Positions 31,401-39,882 of a stretch of DNA of 64,000 bases are shown piece by piece. The notes beneath the pieces are model-generated. The model searched no databases and was not told where the DNA came from. It saw nothing but the letters and a program-made list of their open reading frames with translations. The stretch is from the IMG/VR virus record IMGVR_UViG_3300042898_006229. One strand, written 5' to 3'. This DNA is from an uncultured virus (IMG/VR IMGVR_UViG_3300042898_006229). Taxonomy: Duplodnaviria; Heunggongvirae; Uroviricota; Caudoviricetes. The stretch's first letter is position 1. Each line of letters starts with the position of its first letter. The position numbers were made by a program, and so were the translations under genes.

Positions 31401-34241
31401 ATCTAAAGTTGTGTCAGCAGCTAAAATATGTTGAACTGGAGCTAATCTTGGAAATTTAGATAAGTCTAAAGCATTTGCATTTATTCTTATCTCAGAATTT
31501 TGATAATAAACTTCCGAACCTGTGTGTAGATATTTTTCTAAGTCAGCATTGGCATAATCACTACCAAAGGTTCCTTGTCTAATTCCAACTTCGCCTTGCA
31601 TATATACTTTGTCATAAGAAAAAGTTGTCCCAGCGCCCATATAACCATAATCAATTTTTACTAATGTAGGTCTTTCATATGGCGAAGCTAATGATTTTTT
31701 ATCTGACCCTAAGTCAAATTTTGTATTATAATAAAAATCTTCGTGAGGAGTAAAATAAACACTTCCTATACCAGTGAATGTAGGTCTAAAAATTCCATTA
31801 GAAACACTAGAGGAAGAAAAACCTGAACCTACAAAAACTAAAACACTATCATTGCTTTGTAAGATTGTTCTTCCTGCTCCAGAAGTGCTTCTAATCAAAC
31901 TGGAAATAGCTGTTCCTGAAGTTGTAGGTAATGATGCGGCTGAACTTACGTAAAATACTGCTTTGACATTGTATTTTTGATAATCTTGCTCATACCAGTC
32001 AAAGTCCAATTCTTGTAATATAGAACTTCCTTTGCCTTCAGAACTAAAATAATTTTCATAATTTTGGAAAGATGGGAATAAAATTTCAGGAACAAAAACT
32101 TCTCCATAATGAGTAGAAGCTGTTGAAGAAACTTGCATAACACCTGAAATTTGTTTCTTCAAGTTTGGAGATATTGCATAAGTTCCATTTCCATTACTTG
32201 CAAGAATATTTGAAAAAATATTTTGTGTCCATGAAGATAAACTATTATCATATTTGAAAACTTGTTTTGTGGAAGTACCAATTGCAGTAACGGAATAAAC
32301 TCCATTTACAAGCTCATTAGTTGTATTAACTAAAACAGATGTTCCGATTGCTACAGGTACGTCAAAGTGAGTTGGTGATAAGTACGCTGAATCAAATTTA
32401 TCTTCTGTTGTTGAAGCTGTAACAAAAAGATTGTTCTGATTGGTCATATTCACCCAAGTAACACCAACAGATCCTGAGGCTGTTGAGGTTCCTGGAGCAT
32501 ATAGGAAGTAAGTTGTTCCAGCACCTACAGTCCCGTTTGAAATTGTTGCGATACTTCCACGTAAGACAGAGTAGTTTGTATTAAATTCAATACCATATAC
32601 AGTAGCACAAACTGAATCTACTTTATAAATTCCATTTTGGGCTGGATATGTAGTTTGACCATTTACAAGAACTCTTTGTGAAATAGCAATACCAGAATTT
32701 ATAAAGCTTGTCTCACTTACATTTGTTAAGTCAGTTTGATTTGTGACAATAAGATTAGCAACTGGCTCATATGTGTAAGGATAAAATCTTTCTTGAATGT
32801 TGATTCCATCTAAATTTAATTTAAATGTTGAACTATACGTTGTTGATTTTCCTAAATACCAAATATTTCCACCCAATGTGTTTTTGGAATTAGCTGCATA
32901 AACTATTGTTTGGTTGATTTCAGCAGGAGTGTCGTAATCAGTTGCTCTTACCCATAAACCAGTGTTTCCAAAACCCACATTAGATACAGAATAAATACCA
33001 CTAAAGTTTTCATTGTAATGCTTTACTAAAATTCTATTTGATGTTGATAATGTAGTAGCAACTCCAGAATAATTAGTAATTGTCCGTGGTGTGCTGGTTA
33101 ATGATCCAGTGTTTGATCCAAAATCATAACTAAATCCCACAGCACTACCAGATGTTATTTCATAATAGTAGTCTACATTTGCACGACTGTAATTGTAAGT
33201 AGCATCAGACCACTTCATAGATGCAGTTGAAGCTGTTCCACCAGTCAATCCAATAGCAGAGTAATATCTAAAATATCCACCACTTTTTGCAACGCCAGCA
33301 TTAATAAATTGGACATTTACTGGAATATTTGCATTTATATAATTGACAGCTGTTTTCCAATAATCGTCAGCTGTGTCAGTGCTAGTGTAAGGATTGAATA
33401 AAGAGGATGCATTTGGTTTAGTCAAACTAGAAACGTAATAAATTCCGTTTTGTGTTTTTGTTGTTTGATCTTTGACCAATACTCTATCATTAACTGACAG
33501 AGTACGATTATCTAATACTAAAGATGGATTTGTTAAACCAGAACCAGATGACTGTAAGTTTATTGTTGTAGCGCATTGAACTGGAGATAAAGCATATCGA
33601 TTAGTTCTATCTACCCAAATAAATGTGGTAGAACCAGCAGCAGCAGTATCAAATGGATTCAGATATGGGCTATATAGATAGAATGAAGAACTTCCAACTC
33701 CAGCAATTTTGCCAGCAGTTAAGATATCTTCTGCTACAATAGCACCTACCGTACCACTGCCAACTTGAGATGAAACTCTATAAAGGCCATTTTGGAAAGC
33801 AGAAGTTTGTGATTTTACAAGAATAATTTTTGTATTATCGATCTTTACTCCATCTACATAAGTTGGTGCAAAGATGATACTTGTTCCGCCAATTGTAGCG
33901 GAAGATAAATTAGAGACAGTAGCTACATCAGCATTTAATTTATTTATGATAAAAGAATCAAATAATGTAAATCTTATATCAAATCCTAAATCCTGAAGTA
34001 GCTTTATACTGTCTGTGTTTTTGATAACAGGATAATGTTGATTAGTATAAATGTCCGCAAACTCATTATCAATCCAAAGTCTAATATCATCGACATTTGT
34101 ATTGATCCATTTTAATCTAAATAATTTTTTATTCCAAGCGCCAGATATGTTAGTACCAAATCCAGCACTTGAAATTTCTCTTGAGATTTCAGATTGTGAA
34201 TTATCAGCGTTTACTTCAGACCAAATGAAAGCGTGGGACAT
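28416..34241 (-). CDS. 1941-aa structural protein with about 10-12 copies of a decoration-type repeat
   Basis: Repeated DR[IV]LVK.Q.....NG[IV]Y...W.R..D.D modules, e.g. IILVKSQ, RVLVKDQ, RVLVNGQ, TILIKSQ, RLLVKNQ, RILVKNQ. Confidence 0.7.
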   Translation of the reverse strand: MSHAFIWSEVNADNSQSEISREISSAGFGTNISGAWNKKLFRLKWINTNVDDIRLWIDNEFADIYTNQHYPVIKNTDSIKLLQDLGFDIRFTLFDSFIINKLNADVATVSNLSSATIGGTSIIFAPTYVDGVKIDNTKIILVKSQTSAFQNGLYRVSSQVGSGTVGAIVAEDILTAGKIAGVGSSSFYLYSPYLNPFDTAAAGSTTFIWVDRTNRYALSPVQCATTINLQSSGSGLTNPSLVLDNRTLSVNDRVLVKDQTTKTQNGIYYVSSLTKPNASSLFNPYTSTDTADDYWKTAVNYINANIPVNVQFINAGVAKSGGYFRYYSAIGLTGGTASTASMKWSDATYNYSRANVDYYYEITSGSAVGFSYDFGSNTGSLTSTPRTITNYSGVATTLSTSNRILVKHYNENFSGIYSVSNVGFGNTGLWVRATDYDTPAEINQTIVYAANSKNTLGGNIWYLGKSTTYSSTFKLNLDGINIQERFYPYTYEPVANLIVTNQTDLTNVSETSFINSGIAISQRVLVNGQTTYPAQNGIYKVDSVCATVYGIEFNTNYSVLRGSIATISNGTVGAGTTYFLYAPGTSTASGSVGVTWVNMTNQNNLFVTASTTEDKFDSAYLSPTHFDVPVAIGTSVLVNTTNELVNGVYSVTAIGTSTKQVFKYDNSLSSWTQNIFSNILASNGNGTYAISPNLKKQISGVMQVSSTASTHYGEVFVPEILFPSFQNYENYFSSEGKGSSILQELDFDWYEQDYQKYNVKAVFYVSSAASLPTTSGTAISSLIRSTSGAGRTILQSNDSVLVFVGSGFSSSSVSNGIFRPTFTGIGSVYFTPHEDFYYNTKFDLGSDKKSLASPYERPTLVKIDYGYMGAGTTFSYDKVYMQGEVGIRQGTFGSDYANADLEKYLHTGSEVYYQNSEIRINANALDLSKFPRLAPVQHILAADTTLDTINQDILTVRRNGVQLFSNRSGDAVQYPYEINDRVFYYSSNEDVYNSTVRKSTSGIYQIVYIDTNYNYYLRKVKYNSVNGHLDYAKRLVSHSSSAGNTIYLARPESSTSVFTWSTSNYADSLLDVYVVSTGGTVINKTYSTDYTVDASSGSLNISGSGWTGTLYAYLYKDSNVPKYNQEPKQTLNRYHYIPQVLKDKAFILSPDAKLSSTWTVDTENFQIVNIIGTATTTEIKYNRDRSSWLSTFDSSKNYSSNANVIVENDSTTDYFFTSRLSQDGFYVQTGVANSSTFSGSFVDPVSLNTIGLFSGDVYLDKAYQPSGFALTSWYSGLGLSFDINVLVLKNKTSSDYSDTTLNSSFTTSYYDDINRLVTHNKSGKRDQKLYTFKRSEIQEVTLNYSSAFGSSLYPTTVRLSNSAGFGTFSLYFDPASTNISTSSRSWIDVSTRTTFSAAAGNTGNIPDFGDITYIPVIGPMSAPYGTGSTAMLDGYTISAGDTILIKSQADSTINGIYTAVLNNKFVLTRASDLDATNELYELGRVVFNNRTYELNLPEDSAAYNLGASALNTPLFWKSIGAEYTIDVVGVGHTNFSNLNALPDNINGIATTQNDKILFIAQSTSSENIVARINKTVQPNLIRVGNGSSTTEFQIASLFVNDANRNLNYELYYNPSNTSVGSDSIQWFQQGLISNFTNCSFASTTNLTLNSNLNIPSSQKSDRLLVKNQSNQTQNGIYSIDELITNYLNRHEALDSSSEISVNQRVNVLSGTANSGIYALVYDESLTPAIDSTNIFWAKVNTNPYLTNAKVATVSEISLTNPPSKIDDVILQKYDRILVKNQTDKTTNGVYVVSSIGSSNVWTRSTDLDVNSELLPQLSIQVGYGTTNADKNFRIKLPTPRTITNAQTTAYILGTDNVDWIDTANFQIYNSSPETWQSLLSGYENSVFLGGAKLGIDQTAKSKSFGIAVKTPSSTVLSTNNITSNGQVRNMKFKVEYVIAKD

Positions 34242-34255
34242 TTATACTACCAATA

Positions 34256-35623
34256 CTAATTTCTTCTTGCTTCTGGTCTATTGAAAATTTCACTAGCCAC
34301 AGCAGCTAATTCAGACCTTTCGACTTTGCTTAGTGTTACAGATGAAACTAGATCACTTTTCTTTCCACCTGATATAGCGTGTGAAAGACCATTTGATTTA
34401 GCATCAAGATAAGGATTTTCGACCTGTGATAGATCGCCAAGAAGGATGACTTTACTGTCTTTTCCGCATCTTTCTACTACCATCCTTGCTTCTCTAGGTG
34501 AAATGTTTTCAGCTTCATCAAGAATAATGATAGATCTCGGGATAGAACGGCCTTGAATAAAAGCCATTGCTTCCACTTCAATGATGCCATCACGTACCAT
34601 TTCTTCAAACATATTGTTTGCAGAAAGAGATTTTGATCCTAAAATTTGATCAATATTATCCTTAATTGGACCAAGCCAAGCAGAAATCTTATCAAATTTA
34701 TCACCAGGAAGAGCACCGATGTCTTTTCCACCAACTGGTATTAAAGGTTTCATAACAACAATTTTGTCATAAATACCTTCATTTATCATTTGTAAAGAAG
34801 CTGCAAGAGCTAAAAATGATTTACCTGTACCTGCTGGACCAGAAAGAGTAACAAGAGGAATAGTAAGATCAGCAAGAATTTCTAAAGCACATTTTTGCTC
34901 CAAGTTCTTGCCTTGAACTCCAGAGTACCCCTTAGCTTCTTTGGTGTTTGATTTTTCCTTGAGTACTTTTAAAATGCCTTTTCTGTAAAAAGTTGGGCAA
35001 ATTTTATCTCCGTAGTGAAATAAAATAAATTCATTTGGGAAAATATCACCAAGTTTTTTTACTGTTTCTTCAGATAATTGATTTAACTCAATTTCATTAT
35101 CAGACCAAAGCAAGGCCCAATCTGCTGCATTGTCAAGGTCAAATTTTCTTAAACCTGTGTAAATTTCATCACAAAGTTGATCAGCTCTGTAATTTTCAGC
35201 TGCACAACCCCAAGTAATAGCACGAATACGAAGTCCAGTATCTTTTGTTATGATAGCTACTTTCTTTCTAGGATTTGCTGATTTAAGGGCTAAACAACAT
35301 TCAATAATTGCATTGTCAGAATGAACTTTAACAATATTAGGTCTTTCGTTTTTTTGTAAAGGAGACTCTGTATTGTAGACAAACAATCTTCCACCAAGTT
35401 CGTTGATTTTTACACCCTTAAGAAGATCTTGGAGTGAATAATGTTCTAAATTTCTAAATACTTGTCTAGCTGACCATCCAACATTTTCTTTTCTTGTCTT
35501 TATATCGTCCATATCATCGATGACTGCTAATGGTATATAAATATCATTGTCACCAAATTTATAAAGAGCAAGGGGATCGTGAAGTAAGACACAAGTGTCG
35601 ATGATGTAAATATGCTTTGCCAA
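34256..35623 (-). CDS. phoH: PIN-PhoH protein (PhoH2/YlaK-like)
   Basis: PIN domain IIDTCVLLHDP...TKD..LRI. Walker A GPAGTGKS, IQGRS, ILDEAEN, GD.SQ. TTG start with SD GAGGAG. Confidence 0.93.
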   Translation of the reverse strand: MAKHIYIIDTCVLLHDPLALYKFGDNDIYIPLAVIDDMDDIKTRKENVGWSARQVFRNLEHYSLQDLLKGVKINELGGRLFVYNTESPLQKNERPNIVKVHSDNAIIECCLALKSANPRKKVAIITKDTGLRIRAITWGCAAENYRADQLCDEIYTGLRKFDLDNAADWALLWSDNEIELNQLSEETVKKLGDIFPNEFILFHYGDKICPTFYRKGILKVLKEKSNTKEAKGYSGVQGKNLEQKCALEILADLTIPLVTLSGPAGTGKSFLALAASLQMINEGIYDKIVVMKPLIPVGGKDIGALPGDKFDKISAWLGPIKDNIDQILGSKSLSANNMFEEMVRDGIIEVEAMAFIQGRSIPRSIIILDEAENISPREARMVVERCGKDSKVILLGDLSQVENPYLDAKSNGLSHAISGGKKSDLVSSVTLSKVERSELAAVASEIFNRPEARRN

Positions 35624-35698
35624 ATTATTGGTCTCCTCGCATTTTTGTTGATTTTTTAATCACAATATTGTTTTCTTTTTCGTGCTTTGTAAGCCCTA

Positions 35699-36688
35699 CT
35701 AAAAAGGTAGTTCAGGCTTTGCTGATTTCTTGAAAACTGGTCTTTTGTTATCTATATTTTCTAAGAATTCAGCAGCTCTGACATCATTATTAAAAATAAA
35801 TTTTCTAATGTTTAATATTTCAGAAAGTTTATTTTTGTCAAACTGTTTCATTTCTTCACTTTCCATCATTCTCGCTTGATTGGTTTTGACAGTTGGTTTT
35901 AATTCACCATTACTAAATTTAAGTAAATCAGTTTTTAATTTATTTTTAATATAATTGTTTGCAGTTTCTAAATTGGTAGTTTCAAGTAAGTCTAAATCGT
36001 TATACGCAGCTTTGGTGATATTTCCATTGGCTAAAGTTTTGCCATCAGGTGTCAACACAGAATTTTCTTCTCTTATGAAAAATAGATTAGCTTTAGGGAT
36101 GCATATATAAATTTTAAATGGTAATGCTTTTTCTACATCTTCATTTGATGTTAGACGTAGCACTTCATTTTCATCATTTACAACAGAAATCACTAATTTG
36201 GTTTTTTCTTGTCCTTCAATTACAAAATCCCATTCATAATTATGTTCATTTGTTGTTGGAAAAAATGCAGGTACTAAACTTAATTCTTTTTTGACATCAC
36301 AAAGTTGCAAGAATAAACTAAACCCAATAGTATCTTCTGGAGTGCCTTTACGATAAGTTCCTATTTTTGCCCAATCTACTTTAAAACTGTCATCTTCATT
36401 TACAAGGACATATTCTTCAAAAAATCCTTGATCATAAATTTTTTTGAGTAATGGGTCTTCTAAAATTCTTCTTGCTCTTACTATGTCCAAGAAAGCCTCA
36501 TTAGAACCACCGAAATCAGGATGACATTTTCTAGCTTTGACACGAAATGCTTTCTCTAAAACTTCAGAAGTTTTAATTACATCCTTTCTTGATTTACCTG
36601 TTGGAAGGTCTTCTTTCGCCAATCCTAAAATAAAATAATAATCTTTATTGAAATCAATTATTTTTTTAGGGTCAAATTCATTAGACAT
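35699..36688 (-). CDS. J-domain protein (class C) with unknown C-terminal domain
   Basis: DYY.ILGL...KAFR.KARKCHPDFGGS..AF.....A..IL.DP..K..YD. Confidence 0.85.
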   Translation of the reverse strand: MSNEFDPKKIIDFNKDYYFILGLAKEDLPTGKSRKDVIKTSEVLEKAFRVKARKCHPDFGGSNEAFLDIVRARRILEDPLLKKIYDQGFFEEYVLVNEDDSFKVDWAKIGTYRKGTPEDTIGFSLFLQLCDVKKELSLVPAFFPTTNEHNYEWDFVIEGQEKTKLVISVVNDENEVLRLTSNEDVEKALPFKIYICIPKANLFFIREENSVLTPDGKTLANGNITKAAYNDLDLLETTNLETANNYIKNKLKTDLLKFSNGELKPTVKTNQARMMESEEMKQFDKNKLSEILNIRKFIFNNDVRAAEFLENIDNKRPVFKKSAKPELPF

Positions 36689-36727
36689 ATACCTTTTATA
36701 AAAGAATTAATAAATTGGAAGTAACAT

Positions 36728-37660
36728 ATGAAATATATTAAATTGGCTGACATTGCTTTGTATTTGGATAGTAAAGGTTTTTACAAAAAAGCTGATTTGA
36801 TTACTCGTAAACTTATCAAGATATCTCAAGAAAAACAAGAGCAAGAACAAGCGGAAGAGTTTGAAAAAGATCCTCCTTTTGAATTAAGAGAAGGCGAGAC
36901 ATCTAACGATCCAAAAACTGTAATGAAATATTTTATAGGGTTTGCTTACGATATGGTTATTAGAGATATTGATATTACAAAACCAAGATTAATGATGGAA
37001 GTAGACAAAAAAATATCTGAAAAGCTTGAAGAAATGTCTCCAGAAAATAAAGAAAAATTTAGTAATCTCAAAAATGATGTATCTCTAGAATTAGAATCTT
37101 TAGAATGGTTCAAAGACTTACCTGAACATCAAGGACAAGATTTTGGTCCTGATGAGAATTATGAAGGCAGTAATACAGAAGATTTCATAAAATCTTTTTC
37201 AGGTCCAGCACAAGCAGCATCAGCTTCATCAGAAAATGTTATTCCGCCATCAGTCATTATAGCTATGGCTGCTTGGGAATCAGGTTGGGGAAAAAGCAAA
37301 TTAGCTTCAGAGCATGGAAATTTCTTTGGTATTAAGCATAGTCCAACTTCGGGATCAAGTTCGGGAGTTTCGATGCAAACTAAAGAATATAATGGTGGAG
37401 AACATAACGAAATTGCAACCTTTGGGCAGTTCAGTGGTAGTTTGGCTTCTAAATTGTCAGCTTTACCTAATTTTTTGAAAAATAATCGTAGATATTCTAA
37501 AGCTTTAGAAGCTGGAAAAAATTACAATAGTTCTAAATCCATGTCAGATCTTCATGCATTAATAGATGCTATTTTTGATGCAGGATATTCTTCAGATAAA
37601 AAAGAGCCTGGAAATATTAAAAACCTTATCGATCAACACGGATTGACCAAATACGATTAA
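36728..37660 (+). CDS. GH73 glucosaminidase (FlgJ-like peptidoglycan hydrolase) with N-terminal tag
   Basis: PSV.IA.AAWESGWGKS.LA...NFFGIK, T.EY, RY..A, AGYSSD, I..LI..H.LTKYD. Confidence 0.9.
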   Translation: MKYIKLADIALYLDSKGFYKKADLITRKLIKISQEKQEQEQAEEFEKDPPFELREGETSNDPKTVMKYFIGFAYDMVIRDIDITKPRLMMEVDKKISEKLEEMSPENKEKFSNLKNDVSLELESLEWFKDLPEHQGQDFGPDENYEGSNTEDFIKSFSGPAQAASASSENVIPPSVIIAMAAWESGWGKSKLASEHGNFFGIKHSPTSGSSSGVSMQTKEYNGGEHNEIATFGQFSGSLASKLSALPNFLKNNRRYSKALEAGKNYNSSKSMSDLHALIDAIFDAGYSSDKKEPGNIKNLIDQHGLTKYD

Positions 37661-37661
37661 T

Positions 37662-38162
37662 ATGTGGTACAAATTCGCAAAAAAATATAATATGTTTGGT
37701 CTTCCTATTTCTGGAGATCGTAAATTCAGCTTGTTTGCCGATGAAGATACTGATGAAACTGAAACAGTTGAAACTCCATTAGAATTACCAGAAGAAGAAT
37801 TGCCTGAAGAAAGAGATGAGCAGATGGGAGATGAACCTGGTCCGCCCAATCCTCTTGAAATTACTATAGATGATCCTTCTGGTGATGATAATTTTACACC
37901 TGAAGATTTGCAAGACAATATTGAAAAGATTGATAATGATCCAACAGCATTGATTCAATTACCACCACTTCACGATAGATGTCATTGCGTTATTGAAACT
38001 TTACCTATTCTTTCAATGCCTGGAGTGAAAGATGGCAAGAGAGTTTGGCAAAAGAGTGATAATTGCTGCCCCAAATGTCATGAAACTGCTATAAGATTTA
38101 ACGAAGCAGAAATTCAAAGATTATTAAATAAAGGCATTGATGTAAATAGAATACCCGGATAA
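37662..38162 (+). CDS. Acidic protein with Mu gpF/SPP1 gp7-like PPxHxxCxC motif
   Basis: LPPLHDRCHC plus CCPKC. Confidence 0.55.
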   Translation: MWYKFAKKYNMFGLPISGDRKFSLFADEDTDETETVETPLELPEEELPEERDEQMGDEPGPPNPLEITIDDPSGDDNFTPEDLQDNIEKIDNDPTALIQLPPLHDRCHCVIETLPILSMPGVKDGKRVWQKSDNCCPKCHETAIRFNEAEIQRLLNKGIDVNRIPG

Positions 38163-38696
38163 ATCTACATCAATTTTCTTCTTAAGTATTTTATTATTTG
38201 GATTTTTTGTTTTATTTAGGGTTAACAGCAATCTATTTTTCAATTCATTTGACAATTCAGATTTTTTAATTTCTTTTATTATTGCTGGTTTTATTTTAAA
38301 TAATTCAATTTCAATGTGCAATAAATTATAAAAAATTTTTTCTTCTAATAGTTCAAAAATTTCTGAATTATGTTTTGCTTCTTGTATGGATAAACATTGA
38401 AATACATGCGAAACAAAATATTTTATCAAATTATATTTTTGTAAATTTTTTAAAGACAAATCTTCTAATTGATTAAGTACAAAAAGATGATCAGTTTCGC
38501 CAACTATTTGATGTAAGTTACCTTCAAAATCAATGACATAAAAAGCAATAATTTTGTCATTTGAAATAATTGAAAGAATTGGTTGCCCTGATTTTAAATC
38601 AGCAAACAAAATATCGCAAATGTTAGATGGATTTTCAATACCTAACATATGAACATCATTATCTTTTCTTCTAGCAAATGTCAAATATGCTTTCAT
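38124..38696 (-). CDS. Hypothetical protein
   Basis: 190-aa ORF, ATGA-coupled to the upstream ORF. Confidence 0.6.
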   Translation of the reverse strand: MKAYLTFARRKDNDVHMLGIENPSNICDILFADLKSGQPILSIISNDKIIAFYVIDFEGNLHQIVGETDHLFVLNQLEDLSLKNLQKYNLIKYFVSHVFQCLSIQEAKHNSEIFELLEEKIFYNLLHIEIELFKIKPAIIKEIKKSELSNELKNRLLLTLNKTKNPNNKILKKKIDVDLSGYSIYINAFI

Positions 38697-39292
38697 TTGA
38701 TGATAAGATGTTCAATTAAAGTTGTATCTTTATAATTACTAGATTCACCCCAGATATTGACCCAGTAATCTATAATTTTATTTTTTCTAGCTAACAAAAA
38801 ACAAGTTTCATAAATTTGATCTTCAATACTTGCTTCTTCTAACAAATAATTTACATCCTTGTTTCTTCTTTTATATGTTTCAATAATATTTTTAGAAAAT
38901 TGTTCCTGATGTTCTTTTATGAAGATATAAAGACTGTCTATATAAAATGGGTTTAGACGTATTTTGTCATAAACTACTTTTAACTGAAAATCTTCAAAAA
39001 TTTCTTCTATTAGATTGATCAAGTATAGTTTTTTGTTTCTGGGTAAAAGAAATAAATCAATTGGTTTTATGCCTATCTTTTTTATGTTATCTTCATTGAT
39101 CTTCTTAAAAAGATTTGGATTTAAGTTTTGACAGTTTATTAGATCATTCTCATAATTTTCAGAATATGTAAAATTGATCCAATAATGAACTGGGCTGTCA
39201 AATAAAAAAGCTCTCATACTGATAATTATTTCCAATCTATCATTTTGAGAGCATTGAGTTATTTTATTGGAAATTTCAACTAATGTATTCAA
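38693..39292 (-). CDS. Hypothetical protein
   Basis: 199-aa ORF with TTG start in a minus-strand gene run. Confidence 0.6.
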   Translation of the reverse strand: MNTLVEISNKITQCSQNDRLEIIISMRAFLFDSPVHYWINFTYSENYENDLINCQNLNPNLFKKINEDNIKKIGIKPIDLFLLPRNKKLYLINLIEEIFEDFQLKVVYDKIRLNPFYIDSLYIFIKEHQEQFSKNIIETYKRRNKDVNYLLEEASIEDQIYETCFLLARKNKIIDYWVNIWGESSNYKDTTLIEHLIIK

Positions 39293-39298
39293 CTCTCA

Positions 39299-39562
39299 TT
39301 ATTTTTTGCCAAATAAGTGATAAACAGCTTCAGTAATTATTGGCTGTAAACTCATTCCCTTTGAATATAATCTCACGTTAGAAATAGAACCGTAGCTTTC
39401 TTCCAAATACTTAAATAATTTTTTCAATTTTCTACTAACTTCTACTTCAGAAGGATTGTAGTTTGTTTGAAGAGCACAAAGTCTTCTGATAGCATTTTCG
39501 CCATCAATCTTTATAATCTTCATTTCATATGTTGGATTTTGCTTGTCCGGCTCTTGATTCAT
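39299..39562 (-). CDS. Hypothetical protein
   Basis: 87-aa ORF, tightly packed. Confidence 0.6.
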   Translation of the reverse strand: MNQEPDKQNPTYEMKIIKIDGENAIRRLCALQTNYNPSEVEVSRKLKKLFKYLEESYGSISNVRLYSKGMSLQPIITEAVYHLFGKK

Positions 39563-39564
39563 AA

Positions 39565-39798
39565 TTATTTACTTATATCTAAATTTTGTACGTGAATTTC
39601 ATTATATGCAAAAGCTACATTTTGGCTTGGAACATTGAATAAACATATCACCATCTTTTCATCTTTGTAGATAGTATAGAAATCTTTGTTCACTATAAGA
39701 ACACCCTCAATTGGTCCTATAAGTGCGGATGGATTGTAGGTTTGAATTTTCCACTTACCACTGCCTCTATTTTGTGAATTATTATCAACTGTTGCCAT
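39565..39798 (-). CDS. Hypothetical protein
   Basis: 77-aa ORF with SD GGAGG. Confidence 0.65.
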   Translation of the reverse strand: MATVDNNSQNRGSGKWKIQTYNPSALIGPIEGVLIVNKDFYTIYKDEKMVICLFNVPSQNVAFAYNEIHVQNLDISK

Positions 39799-39882
39799 AT
39801 TTTTTCCTCCAAAGCGAATATAATATTATTTGCGAACTGGCATAAATCCTACCTATCTGTATAATATTTTAGAGGGAAACAT

